Assembly (NCBI GenBank): GCA_030141605.1
Contig: JAQGDQ010001105.1
Coordinates: 1 to 30,123 of the forward strand
Source: Tubiluchus corallicola
Taxonomy: Eukaryota > Animalia > Priapulida
Direction: 5' to 3'
Length of the DNA: 30,123 nucleotides
Shown here: positions 10,471 to 22,271 of the stretch, in pieces
Position numbering within the stretch: position 1 is the stretch's first letter
Layout: each line of letters opens with the position of its first letter
Position numbers and translations under genes: made by a program
Notes under the pieces: model-generated
Seen by the model: only the letters and a program-made list of their open reading frames with translations
Told to the model about the DNA's origin: nothing
Database searches by the model: none

Positions 10471-10756
10471 TTAAAGCTGGGTGCACTTAACCTTTGAGCT
10501 ACACCAACTGCGCGTGCGCATAGCGAAACTGTGAAAACTAAAAACTGTTGCAGTAATATCATTCCGTGCATCGTTCTCATACCTTAACCCAGTTCTCAGA
10601 TTGCAAACGCACATTGTCAAGGATCGTTCCTATAATTCTTTGATCATCAAAGGAATATTCCTACATTAGAGACCTCTTATCGTTACTTCTAAGGAAGACA
10701 GGTCTCCTTATTATGTAGGGCACACACTTCAAAAGTCTTCCTTGTTACATTGTTAA

Positions 10757-11399
10757 AAGACAAGAAAAGGGGCACCTGAAGTAGGTTTCAGAAAAATCGC
10801 CTTAAAAAATTATATTACTTTACAACAATTTTATGCACATATCTTACTCACGTTGAAAGAAATTTTCGTTTGTTTTCATTTTAAATCTCCCGCAACACTG
10901 TTCCGACGGCGCCATTACATGACGTCACTACGCCACGTAAATCAGGGGAAGAAAAGGCAATGTTAAATTCTGACCCAAAACGTGCAAATCTATATTACTT
11001 ACCATTTCACTTACCTGCTGGAAAGACTTAAATAACTAGACTAATAATTTAAAATGTTTGTGTCAGTTGGTAAAATGTCGCTGACTCACCCTCCAGGGTG
11101 CACCACTCACTAGCCAAAAACGTATTTTTAATCTTATTGACAAGATACAGTAATTTAAAATTTTACTTAATTAGCAACATGTATGCCACGAATGCTCTGA
11201 TTATTTTTCAAACTTTACTCAATGTTATCAAAACTTGTTTCAAAAGACCTACCATTAAAATGGCTGCGTCTAACTGTCATCGCGGGAGTTTAAATTTACA
11301 CGTTTTATACAGCATGACTGCTGATGCAAGCCCTGCATACGAAAAGGCAGTATGTAAATGGTATCAAATTCGAGACGAATTTTTTAGGCTTTATGTAAG
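10757..11399 (+). mobile_element. Family B TTAA-flanked non-autonomous element, right terminus missing
   Basis: Colinear with 25444-26124 (GAAGTAGGTTTCAGAAAAATCGCCTTAAAAAATTATATTACTT ... CATCGCGGGAGTTTAAATTTACA); gives way to low-complexity DNA at ~11400. Confidence 0.85.
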
Positions 11400-11492
11400 T
11401 GGCAATGATGGTGATGATGACGATGATGATAATGAAGAAGATGGTGATGATTGGGCTGGTGGTGGCGGTGGTGGTGGGCTGGTTGTGATTAT

Positions 11493-12162
11493 GGGAATTC
11501 AGGTAAAAAGTCACAGATAAAAAAATCACAGGGAAAAAGTCACAGATAAAAAAGTCCCAGGTAAAAACTCACAGATAAAAAGGCACAGGTAAAAAGTCAC
11601 AGATAAAAAAGTCACAGGTAAAAAAGTCACAGATAAAAAAGTCACAGATAAAAAAGTCACAGGTAAAACGTCACAGATAAAAAAATCACAGGTAAAGAAG
11701 TCACAGGTAAAAAAGTCACAGGTAAAAAGTCACAAGTAAAAAAGTTACAGGTAAAAAGTCACAGATAAAAAAGTCACAGGTAAAAAAGTCACAGATAAAA
11801 AAGTCACAGATAAAAAAGTTAAGGTAAAAAAGTCACAGATAAAAAAGTCACAGATAAAAAATCACAGGTAAAAAAGTCACAGATAAAAAAGGAACAGGTA
11901 AAAAGTCACAGGTAAAAAAGTCACAGATAAAAAAGTCACAGATAAAAAATCACAGGTAAAGAAGTCACAGATAAAAAGTCACAGGTAAAGAAGTCACAGA
12001 TAAAAAGTCACAGGTAAAAAAGTCACAGATAAAAAAGTCACAGGTAAAAAAGTCACAGATAAAAAAGTCACAGGTAAAAAAGTCACAGATAAAAAAGTCA
12101 CAGATAAAAAAGTCACAGGTAAAACGTCACAGATAAAAAAATCACAGGTAAAGAAGTCACAG
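11493..12162 (+). repeat. 14-15-bp satellite (AAAAAAGTCACAGRT)n, block 1
   Basis: Begins GGGAATTCAGGTAAAAAGTCACAG; about 45 units by length. Confidence 0.95.
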
Positions 12163-12360
12163 GTGGTGTTGGTGGTGCTGTTTGTGGAGGTAGACGTGGC
12201 TATGCCTATGACGGCAGTGGTGGTTGTGGTGGTGTTGGTGGTGCTGTTTGTGGAGGTAGACGTGGCTATGGCTATGACGGCAGTGGTGGTTGTGGTGGTG
12301 TTGGTGATGCTGTTTGTGGAGGTAGACGTGGCTATGCCTATGACGGCAGTGGTGGTTGTG
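12163..12360. repeat. 66-bp tandem repeat, 3 copies
   Basis: TTTGTGGAGGTAGACG at 12181, 12247, 12313. Confidence 0.92.
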
Positions 12361-12877
12361 CTGGCTGGTTGCTCTGAGAACGAAGATGAAAGCTCTGACG
12401 ACAATGATGATGACGACAACAATAATGGTGAAACAAACGACGGTCACCCCCCCTCCTCCTTCCTGTCACTCACGATAACAAATAAAACAGCGAAGATGTC
12501 ACGTGATCCCCAGAATTTGAACAAAGCCACACACAGTTTTTTGCCCAAGGTCAGACGGCCACTTTCAGTTTCAAAATGGCTTCTGTTGCGCCTCCTGGCG
12601 AGCAAAGAGTTCACTTGTTCAAAGTGTTTGAATAACTGATGGAGACGTGCAGTTGTTGACACAGTTCCTCTGTAAACTAATGAACGTCTTCTCAAAGTAA
12701 ACAGCGTTGCTCTAAAGTAAACAACCGTCGTCTTAAAGATAAACACAGAAACGGGATGGATGTTCGTCACAAATCAGCTGAAATGAGATTCACGTAATGA
12801 TTTCATTCTGTTATGAATTTATAATTACGATAATGAGAGCAATTACTAATATGATGGGTTACTTGGTTTTCACAACT

Positions 12878-13158
12878 GTGGCGGAACTGGAACCTATATC
12901 ATCAGAATCAGAACGGGGCTCGGATGAATATTGAACCACCCATTTACTGGCCAGCATTGGCGTTGCTTAACTTTGCTTGTTGTCATCTGTTTCTCGGCGC
13001 ACAGCAACTATAAAAATTATTAAAAATCTCATGCCTGACTTGATTGCGGCGGGACCGAAACTTGGATGATTATCAGAATCAGTATGGTGAATGAGACTAC
13101 TCGAAGGAGAAGCTATCCATTCACTGTCCAGACTCTGCGTTGCTTAACTTCACCCGAT
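12878..13158 (-). mobile_element. Two adjacent degenerate 5S-rRNA-like (SINE3-like) fragments
   Basis: Minus strand AAGTTAAGCAACGCCAATGCTGGCCAGTAAATGGGTGG (12936-12973) and GAAGTTAAGCAACGCAGAGTCTGGACAGTGAATGGATAG (13113-13151) resemble the 5S internal control region; both are followed by CTGATTCTGAT..CCGCC. Confidence 0.5.
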
Positions 13159-13239
13159 TTGATATTTACACAACAACTAGCTGCTAACATCGTCATGTGT
13201 CTGTGGCGGTGGTGGTGGTGGTGGGGTTGTTGTGATTAT

Positions 13240-13625
13240 GGGAATTCAGGTAAAAAGTCACAGGTAAAAAAGTCACGATAAAAAAGTCACAGGTAAAAAA
13301 GTCACAGGTAAAAAAGTCACAGATAAAAAAGTCACAGGTAAAAAAGTCACAAATAAAAACGTCACAGATAAAAAAGTCACAGGTAAAAAAGTCACAAATA
13401 AAAAAGTCACAGATAAAAAAGGCACAGGTAAAAAAGTCACGATAAAAAATTCACAGGTAAAAAAGTCACAGGTAAAAACGTCACAGAAAAAAAAAGACAC
13501 AGGTAAAAAAGTCACGATAAAAAATTCACAGGTAAAAAAGTCACAGGTAAAAACGTCACAGATAAGAAAGTCACAGGTAAAAAAGTCACAAATAAAAAAG
13601 TCACAGGTAAAAAGGTCACACAAAA
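13240..13625 (+). repeat. 14-15-bp satellite (AAAAAAGTCACAGRT)n, block 2
   Basis: Same unit and same GTTGTGATTATGGGAATTCAGG lead-in as block 1. Confidence 0.95.
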
Positions 13626-13983
13626 GTAAAAACTCTGTGAGATGGCATGGTCTTCCTCAAGCGGGAATTTTCTACTTTCTCATCTCCGTCTCTATCGCCA
13701 TCATCATCATTACAGTCATCACCAGCAGCCATCGATGCGTCGCACCAGGCCTGAAGTTCATGAACAGTGAAAAACTAACAGTATTAATTCCGCAGCTTCA
13801 TCAATTGTTAGACAAATAAGGATGCGGAACTCCCTAAGCCCCACTCTGATAATAGGATGCTGAGGATGCATTTAATAGAATCTACGCTGTACGTTCAGAA
13901 TTCGTTGTCAATAAAAACCCATGACAGCAGAATTATCGACTGTATTCGTCTGGCATTCACTTGAAATAAATCAACATGAGGAC

Positions 13984-14116
13984 TGAAGTTAACATTACAT
14001 ATTGGTCAGCGTTGTTGCCTACGCAAGATCTGTGCGCAATAAGGCAGCATGTACGCACTGCTAAATTTCAAGACAATTTTGTTTAGTTTTATTCAGGTAA
14101 AGAGGTTTCTTGTGCT
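13984..14116 (+). mobile_element. Family B element, diverged right-end fragment
   Basis: Ends TTTCTTGTGCT|TTAA as at 26124; internal GGCAGCATGTA..AAATTTCAAGAC match. Confidence 0.65.
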
Positions 14117-14199
14117 TTAATAAGACTTATTTCTTGCACATATATTCATAAATGAAAAGAGACGGTATGAATATATGTCTAAGCAATAATTCATAATAA

Positions 14200-14725
14200 A
14201 GCACAAGAAAACTCATTACTTACATAAAATTATTAAAAAAATCGACTCGACTTGAAATTTCATATCACTTACGTGCTGTCTTATTGCATACAGAGCTTGC
14301 GTTTGCTGTAATGCTGTATAAAACTTGTAAATTTAAACTCCCGCGATGACCGCTAGGCGCAGCCATTTTAATCGTAGGTCGTTTGAAACAAGTTTAGATA
14401 ACATTGAATAAAGTTTGAAAAAACAATCAGATTAAAGAATAAAAACGCGTTTTTGGTGAGCCAGTGGTGCACACTGGGAAGGTGAGTCAGTGACATTTTA
14501 CCAGGTGGCGCGAACACTTTGAACTACAAATAATTTTCTTTTCTAGTTACACAAGTCTTTCAAGCAGGCAACTGCAATGCTAAGAAACATTTGTGTGGAA
14601 AATTTTAGGGAAGTGGTTTAAAATTAACCTTCCCATTTAAGCTCTTCCCATAAATTTCAAAATTTTTAGGGAAGTGCTTTAAAATTAACCTTTCTTCCCG
14701 TTTAAACTCTTCCCATAAATTCCCA
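14200..14725 (-). mobile_element. Family B element, partial, minus orientation
   Basis: Starts AGCACAAGAAAA; contains TGTAAATTTAAACTCCCGCGATGACC and GGTGAGTCAGTGACATTTTACCA (reverse complement of the 25444-26124 copy). Confidence 0.8.
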
Positions 14726-14744
14726 TTTATTTGGTAGTAAGGGA

Positions 14745-15130
14745 AGGTAACAGTTGACACTCTTCTTCAAACGCTTGAGATTTTAACTTTCAGCAAACAA
14801 TTTTCTGGTAGAGAATTCCATAGATAAGAAACCCGAGGGAAAACTGCATTTATTAGCATATGCTCTACAGCTAGGCATGTTAATGGAAAGCGAGGTGAAA
14901 GTAGTTATTATTGATGATTGGGGCTTTGAGACAATCTTCTGAAGTTCTATGTTGAAAGCTGACAAGCGTCGATACGAGCCATATGGTTATTACCTGTAAA
15001 AGGTGTGATAGCAGCGAGCTGCTGTTAATTAATGGAGCATGCAAAGGTAATTACAGGAACGCTTGCATCAACGCAGGGTTTGTAACTGCTATTAGATTAG
15101 GTCCAAAGCTTTACAGATCTTGTTATATAA
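14745..15130 (-). mobile_element. Decayed LINE (CR1/L2/Jockey-group) ORF2 C-terminal remnant
   Basis: Minus strand with frameshifts reads PSCRAYANKCSF / FPRVSYLWNSLPENC / NLKRLKKSVNCYL, matching the SFFPR..LWNSLP..FK..VN motif at the end of these ORF2s. Confidence 0.6.
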
Positions 15131-15145
15131 TAAAACTGCAATAAA

Positions 15146-15336
15146 CAGGTATTTTACACAGGTATATTTCACGGGTGTTTTCACAGGTGTTTTCCACAGG
15201 TATTTTTCACATGAATTTTTACAGATATTTTACAGGTAATTTCACACGTGTTTTCACAAGTATTCTCACAGATATTTTACAGGTAATTTCACAGGTATTT
15301 TCAAATGTATTTTTACAGGTGCTTTCATAGGTATTT
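15146..15336. repeat. Degenerate 12-13-bp repeat (TTTTCACAGGTA)n
   Basis: Direct inspection. Confidence 0.8.
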
Positions 15337-15356
15337 TCTCTATTTCTTTCTCTCTC

Positions 15357-15441
<85 letters not shown>

Positions 15442-15541
15442 CCGTCTCTCTCTCTCTCCCCTCTTGTTCACTAACGCTTCATTTTTCTCTTTCTCTTTCC
15501 CTTTCTCTTTCTCTCTCTCTCTATCTCTATCTCTATCTCTC

Positions 15542-15595
<54 letters not shown>

Positions 15596-15661
15596 ATCTC
15601 TCTCACTTGCTCTGTCTCTCTCTATCTCTCTCTCCTCTCTATCTCTCTCACTTGCTCTCAA

Positions 15662-15693
<32 letters not shown>

Positions 15694-15753
15694 ATCTCTC
15701 TCACTTGCTCTGTCTCTCTCCATCTCTCTCTTTCCTCTCTATCTCTCTCACTT

Positions 15754-15791
<38 letters not shown>

Positions 15792-15898
15792 CTATCTATC
15801 TCTCTCACTTGCTCTGTCTCTCTCTATGTCTCTCTCCTCTCTATCTCTCTCACTTGCTCTCTTTCTCTCTTTCTTTCTCTCTCTCTCTCTCTCTCTCT
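15337..15898. repeat. (CT)n microsatellite with interspersed CACTTG variants
   Basis: Direct inspection. Confidence 0.95.
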
Positions 15899-16629
15899 TT
15901 GTAGCTAACTTTGCTTTTCAAATGCACGTCTTTCATTACTAAACACAAATCTAGGCTACTGCTACGAGCTGATACAAAAATTACAATAAATTACATTGAA
16001 TTAATTAGAAGACAGATGAATCAAATGTAAAAAATTACCTGAACGGACGCTACAGCAAAACAATTTGGTTACAAGTTCAGTTTCGTTGGAATCACTCCTC
16101 TGGACTTTGTTTCATGGCTGTGCATCATATGGATGTGGCTTCACATAAGGGTCTGGCTTCACAAAGACTTGACAGAAGTGAATTATGCGTGTTTTTCGGT
16201 TTTTTAGTAAATTATCTAAACAAAAATCTCTTAAAACACTTTCTGTATCCAAAATGACACCTCTCTTTAGTATCTCTTATAATATCGCTACAGTATTAAC
16301 GTTTTGAGTATTTTCTTGCAAAATCGACAATTGCTACAATCCTACAACCAGTAATCCTGAAAACTAATCAGTCTTTCATACAATTCACCCAGTTCCACAC
16401 TCAAAAACGATTTCAAAGCAGGCGTTTCTATTTGCGACTAACGTTACCGCGCATGTGCAGAGAAATCACGTGACCGAGGAAGCCCAGCAGGTTTGTTTCT
16501 GTACAAAGTGAATTAGAGAGGAACAGTGTGTTGAAAGAAGCATTTTAGCACCCCCACTGAGGACAAAGTGAACATGCTTAGTTTAGGAAATGGCCAAGAG
16601 AGTTAATTTCTGCAGTTGTATGGTATCAG

Positions 16630-17334
16630 GAGCAATCCCTTAGCATTCATTCCTGACACCACTTTAAACAATAGAACACACAATTTAAAGCAAATTACAG
16701 TAAACAATAAATTTGGAAATAACTCTATATCAAAACAGGCCATACATTTATGGAATTTACTACCCAGTGAAATAAAACTAATAGAATCTCTCCACCACTT
16801 TAAAAAGAAATTAAAAGAATATCAATATAACAGGTTTCAACTTCCACATTGTGCATCTGATACTAATTACACAGACTCCACTTTCATATACCCCGCCCCT
16901 GACTCCATATAATGATTAAAAATGTAAATTTTTTTTAAAAAAAATATCAAATGTAATACGTGTTATGTCAGTTTTGTAAAGTCAAATGTATAAATAGTGT
17001 AAATGTAATGAGTGAAATTTATGTAATGTAAAGCATGTTTCTGTTAATTGTGTCATGTCAAATGTATATATAGTGTAAAATATGTCATGTAAAATTTAAT
17101 GTACTTTTGTAATACTGTTTTGTAAAAATATTTTAATATGGTGTTTGTAAATATGTTCATTTATTGTATGTAATTAGACCTTAGTTTTGCACTTTAGTTT
17201 TTTTACTCAGCACTGGACGCATTTGTCTTGAACAGTGTTGTTATTTTAACATTACGCTGAGGCTTACTCAATTTTATTATAATGAGTGAACCATTTTAAT
17301 GACAAATAAATAATTAATATATATATATATATAT
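16630..17334 (+). mobile_element. 5'-truncated LINE (CR1/L2-group): ORF2 C-terminus, AT-rich 3' UTR and simple-repeat tail
   Basis: NKFGNNSISKQAIHLWNLLPSEIKLIESLHHFKKKLKEY in ORF 16616-16912; 3' end AAATAAATAATTAA(TA)n at ~17304-17334. Confidence 0.75.
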
Positions 17335-17358
17335 AGTGTAACCCAGTAATGCCATTAA

Positions 17359-18139
17359 AGGAAGACGGAATGATTTTTCATATATTTACCTATTTTCAAG
17401 ACCGATAAAACGTATACATTTACACAATTAATACTGCTAAAGCGTTTCTGATAATCAAATAATAGATCATTAACGGCGGGCGAGCCCAACTATTCATGAC
17501 ATCACAAACTAACGTAATTTTCAACAGCAAAAATATTCACGAGCGTGTTGCATGTGTCTGTGAAAGCGAAAATTCAAGTACAGAACTACTGCACAACATT
17601 CTGTGTGACATACAAAAACTCAGCAAATTTTAAGTTTACATTTCACATTTCAATTTTACTTGTGCAGGTGTGCATTACGTCACAACTGAACTGATTTTAA
17701 ACAAAAAAATATTCCATTAAGCGTGTTGCACGTGTTTCAGAAACAGAAAATTGAAGTACAGCGCTCCTGTAAGATATTCTGTGTGTTGTGTAAAAACTAG
17801 GCAAGTTTTAAGTTAAAAATTCACATTTCAAATTTACCGCTGTGATCACGCATGAGCTGTCGAACGTGTGTAGTTCGCCACAAACTAACACATCTGAACT
17901 GAGCGGTACAGCACCTGTTTTTTGCAATGTGTTTACGAAATGCAGGCGCTAGTGCCTGTCTAATTAGCGAATGGTGAAATGCATGTAATAGAGAAGAACT
18001 AGTGGCGTGAACAAACTAGTGTGTTTGTGTGGAAATAATTCTTTCACGTTAGTCATTTTGAAACAATAGTATGTTTCTTTTCAATATTTTAAAGAGTAGA
18101 TTGCTTTGAGTTGCAGTTTAAGATTGGGTCCGGTTTGCT
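17359..18139. mobile_element. Diverged family A-related TTAA-flanked element with internal ~178-bp duplication
   Basis: TTAA|AGGAAGACGGA ... TCCGGTTTGCT|TTAA. Shares AAAATATTGAAAA and ACRTCASAAACTAAC motifs with 9940-10470 in opposite orientation; 17498-17658 repeated at 17676-17837. Confidence 0.55.
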
Positions 18140-18143
18140 TTAA

Positions 18144-18600
18144 AGCACAAGAAAACACTCTTCGTAAATAAAAGTAAAAATTTCGTCTCGAAATTTGTTG
18201 TCACTTACATGCTGTCTTATTGCATACAGGGCTTGTGTTCATGGTAACGCTGTAAAACTTCTAAATTTAAACTCTCGCGATGAGGTGCAGCAATTTTAAC
18301 GGTCAGTTGACGCAATGTTTGAAACTATTTTAGACAACATAGCGCAATTGTTTGAAAAAATGATCGTAGCGCACACTTCACAAACTAAACAAAAGCATAA
18401 ATTACCTTATACTGTCAATATGATCAGTAGTGTTCTTTTGGTAAATCAGTGACGCACGATGGGATGGAGAAGCAGTGACGTTTTACCAAGCGGCGCGAAC
18501 ATTTTAAATTATTAAGAATTAAGAATTAAATTATCAAACAGGTAAGCATAGTGCTAAGTGATAATACTTTGAATGAAAGTTTTATGGAATATTCTTCAAA
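18144..18600 (-). mobile_element. Family B element, partial, minus orientation
   Basis: TTAA|AGCACAAGAAAA start; TAAATTTAAACTCTCGCGATGA and CAGTGACGTTTTACCA matches. Confidence 0.75.
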
Positions 18601-19235
18601 ATTCCCTTTCCTTTCCCTTTAATAATTCCCTACATTCTAGTCGAGTTGGATTAACCAATGTTAGCTTCAAAATTCCCTTTCCTTTCCCTTTAATAATTCC
18701 CTACATTCTAGTCGAGTTGGATTAACCAATGTTAGCTTCAAAATTCCCTTTCCTTTCCCTTTAATAATTCCCTACATTCTAGTCGAGTTGGATTAACCAA
18801 TGTTAGCTTCAAAATTCCCTTTCCTTTCCCTTTAATAATTCCCTACATTCTCCTCGACTTGGATTAACCAATGTTAGCTTCAAAATTCCCTTTCCTTTCC
18901 CTTTAATAATTCCCTACATTCTCGCTGAGTTGGATTAACCAATGTTAGCTTCAAAATTCCCTTTCCTTTCCCTTTAATAATTCCCTACATTCTCGTCGAG
19001 TTGGATTAACCAATGTTAGCTTCAAAATTCCCTTTCCTTTCCCTTTAATAATTCCCTACATTCTCGTCGAGTTGGATTAACCAATGTTAGCTTCAAAATT
19101 CCCTTTCCTTTCCCTTTAATAATTCCCTGCATTCTCGTCGAGTTGGATTAACCAATGTTAGCTTCAAAATTCCCTTTCCTTTCCCTTTAATAATTCCCTA
19201 CATTCTAGTCGAGTTGGATTAACCAATGTTAGCTT
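18594..19235. repeat. 71-bp minisatellite, 9 copies
   Basis: Unit TTCAAAATTCCCTTTCCTTTCCCTTTAATAATTCCCTACATTCTMGTCGAGTTGGATTAACCAATGTTAGC; starts 18595, 18666, etc. Confidence 0.97.
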
Positions 19236-19490
19236 GTTGCTGATTATTAGTTTTACGCGACGGTAGTTGTATTGAGGTAGCAGTAATCTAGTTGTGCCAA
19301 CAATATCGAGTTAGTATTAGGCACCCGTGAGATGCTGTACAAAAGATTAAAATAACAGAGTAGACATATATGCCTTTGCTGAATATAACACAGATTAACA
19401 AATTGCAATTTGTGGTGCAGAGGGCGATCGTTACAATTGTAAAGCGCATGCTAATGTTCTCCCATGAAGCAAAAATTTATTTTGCTTATA

Positions 19491-19557
19491 AGGACAGGAC
19501 AGGACAGGGCAGGGCAGGACAGGACGGGACGGGACAGGACAGGACAGGACACGACAG
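19491..19557. repeat. (GGACA)n pentanucleotide repeat
   Basis: Direct inspection. Confidence 0.9.
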
Positions 19558-20039
19558 AATTACAACAGTAATGACTGTACATATTAATCGTATTTATAAA
19601 CAAAAGATTTTATAGATATGTGAATTACATCTGAAATGAGCCTAGCCAGTAACTTTTGTTCACATCAAGAAAATGCCTATAAGTTTTTACAGCAGGCTGT
19701 TATTGTAATTACATGATTTTGCTGTGGTAAACGCAGAATCTTACGTCGTACGCTTTCATCATTTTCATAACGTTTCTTACCCCTTCGGGCGTTTTCAACT
19801 TTTCTTTCAGATAACCAAGGTAACAAAACGCTTTAATACTTCACTTTGTGGGCAGAAAATTGTCTGCGCTGCCTACACGATAATTCACAGTCTTTTCACA
19901 GTTCCAGTGATTTACGACGATCGTGAAAAGGTCAAAGGTTAACTGTATTTCGCACGCGGTATCATTTTGTTCACACGGAAAATGCGTGATATTTGGCAAA
20001 TATTAGAAACATGGGCAGTCAACTTGAGCCATTTTGAAA

Positions 20040-20901
20040 ATGTGTACAGAAGTGAGGGCATATCCATTAACATGTGTACAGAAGTGAGGGCAGATCCATT
20101 AACATGTGTACAGAAGTGAGGGCATATCCATTAACATGTGTACAGAAGTGACGGCATATCCATTAACATGTGTACAGAAGTGAGGGCATATCCATTAACA
20201 TGTGTACAGAAGTGAGGGTATATCCATTAACATGTGTACAGAAGTGAGGGCATATCCATTAACATGTGTACAGAAGTGAGGGCGTGTCCATTAACATGTG
20301 TACAGAAGTCAGGGCATATCCATTAACATGTGTACAGAAGTGAGGGCGTATCCATTAACATGTGTACAGAAGTGAGGGCATATCCATTAACATGTGTACA
20401 GAAGTGAGGGCATATCCACTAACATGTGTACAGAAGTGAGGGCATATCCATTAACATGTGTACAGAAGTGAGGACATATCCACTAACATGTGTACAGAAG
20501 TGAGGGATATCAATTAACATGTGTACAGAAGTGAGGGCATATCCATTAACATGTGTACAGAAGTGAGGGCATATCCATTAACATGTGTACAGAAGTGAGG
20601 GCAGATCCATTAACATGTGTACAGAAGTGAGGGCATATCCATTAACATGTGTACAGAAGTGAGGGCATATCCACTAACATGTGTACAGAAGTGAGGGATA
20701 TCAATTAACATGTGTACAGAAGTGAGGGCATATCCATTAACATGTGTACAGAAGTGAGGGCATATCCATTAACATGTGTACAGAAGTGAGGGCATATCCA
20801 TTAACATGTGTACAGAAGTGAGGGCACATCCATTAACATGTGTACAGAAGTGAGGGCATATCCATTAACATGTGTACAGAAGTGAGGGCGTATCCATTAA
20901 C
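20040..20901. repeat. 32-bp minisatellite, 27 copies
   Basis: Unit ATGTGTACAGAAGTGAGGGCATATCCATTAAC; two 31-bp variants. Confidence 0.97.
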
Positions 20902-21147
20902 AAAGACTCTCTTGAAGCATTTTATACTGTTTAGCTTTTTGTTAATCCTGGAGCAGAACCTACTTAACTTGCAGATCACAGTGGTAGAACCGGTACATAG
21001 CTGATTGTCAGGAGGAATTATCTAAGACGAGACATCAAACCGATCAAGGATGAGGTGGTTGGGGCGTGAGTGTATCCTCCATCGACGTGAAAAGCAGTCA
21101 GGGTCAGTTTTGTAGGAATCAAATGTCCCAGAGCGAGCATTGAACAT

Positions 21148-21448
21148 GGCAGTCACCCATTCTTTAGCTCACCAGATTTAGCACTGCTTAACTTTGCCGT
21201 CTATTCTGTCCGCTCGTCTATTCCCTACACTCGTTAAATTAACAAGAATCTTACATCAAGATTATTCAAACAACCAGTGTGCGCTTGCTACTAATTGTTG
21301 TGGCGGGAAAAATGAAATGTGGCTCCAGTGGCTCCATCTACATTGAACAAAATTGATTTTAGAGAAATCTCAGAACTGCGGCCACTGCAACAATCGGGGA
21401 CGACGGTAAATGAAGTTAAGCAAGCACGAGCTTGGTTAGCCAATGGAT
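21148..21448. mobile_element. Two divergently oriented 5S-rRNA-like fragments
   Basis: Minus 21148-21195 AAGTTAAGCAGTGCTAAATCTGGTGAGCTAAAGAATGGGTGACTGCC; plus 21412-21448 GAAGTTAAGCAAGCACGAGCTTGGTTAGCCAATGGAT. Confidence 0.5.
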
Positions 21449-21571
21449 ACCGGATTCAACAAAAACTCTGGGCATTTCTTTTCGTCGTACCAAACCAGGC
21501 TGTTTAGCTTTTCCAGCGAAGATACATTATGTAATTATGTAAACAATTGGAAATGGGACATTTTTGCCTAA

Positions 21572-21733
<162 letters not shown>

Positions 21734-22271
21734 AAAAATAAAAACAATAGCTAAGACACTTCTGTTGGTCTAGTGGCTCACCTTTCGTGACTATCCTTGA
21801 CAAATAATCAGGTGCCAGTCAAGCCACAGCCACCTACACTGAATAAAGCAGCGCAATGAACAGAAAAAATGAAGCCTTCACAGTTACCAGTTTCATTATT
21901 GGAAAAAAGCTCTTGTCGTCTTTCACCGGAAATTCATCTTTGCGTTTCCTGCTTCCAGAAATTTCTCCTGGCTGTGATGAAATTTCTTCATAGACAAATT
22001 CTAGCAGCAAAACTCATTAATTAAACATAGCCTCGTCAAGAGCCCCTCTCAGGAGAGTTTGCAGCAAGAATTTTATTACTGCTGGAACATGGCTTCTTTG
22101 AAAATCTAGAATTAATAATGTCGAAAAGGAATCCGATCATTATCATTGACAGCTATGAAATATTGATGCAAAAAGCGCAATCTTGAAGATTATGAGGAAG
22201 ATTGCACGGTTTAGATTTTTCACTAACAGCTGTCCTAAATCGTTTCGTAGCATTACTGAAAAACCCAAGGA

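Noticed and set aside
11994-12770. Overlapping 96-158 aa ORFs (mucin-like or His-rich)
   Set aside because: Arise from the 15-bp and 66-bp repeats and low-complexity DNA; no supporting gene structure.
12936-13158. Functional 5S rRNA genes
   Set aside because: Only ~40-bp degenerate matches; 5' and 3' stems absent.
21840-22190. Possible coding exon remnant (e.g. NPIIIIDSYE, Walker-B-like)
   Set aside because: Short, stop-bounded, no Walker A or recognisable family; would need BLASTX.
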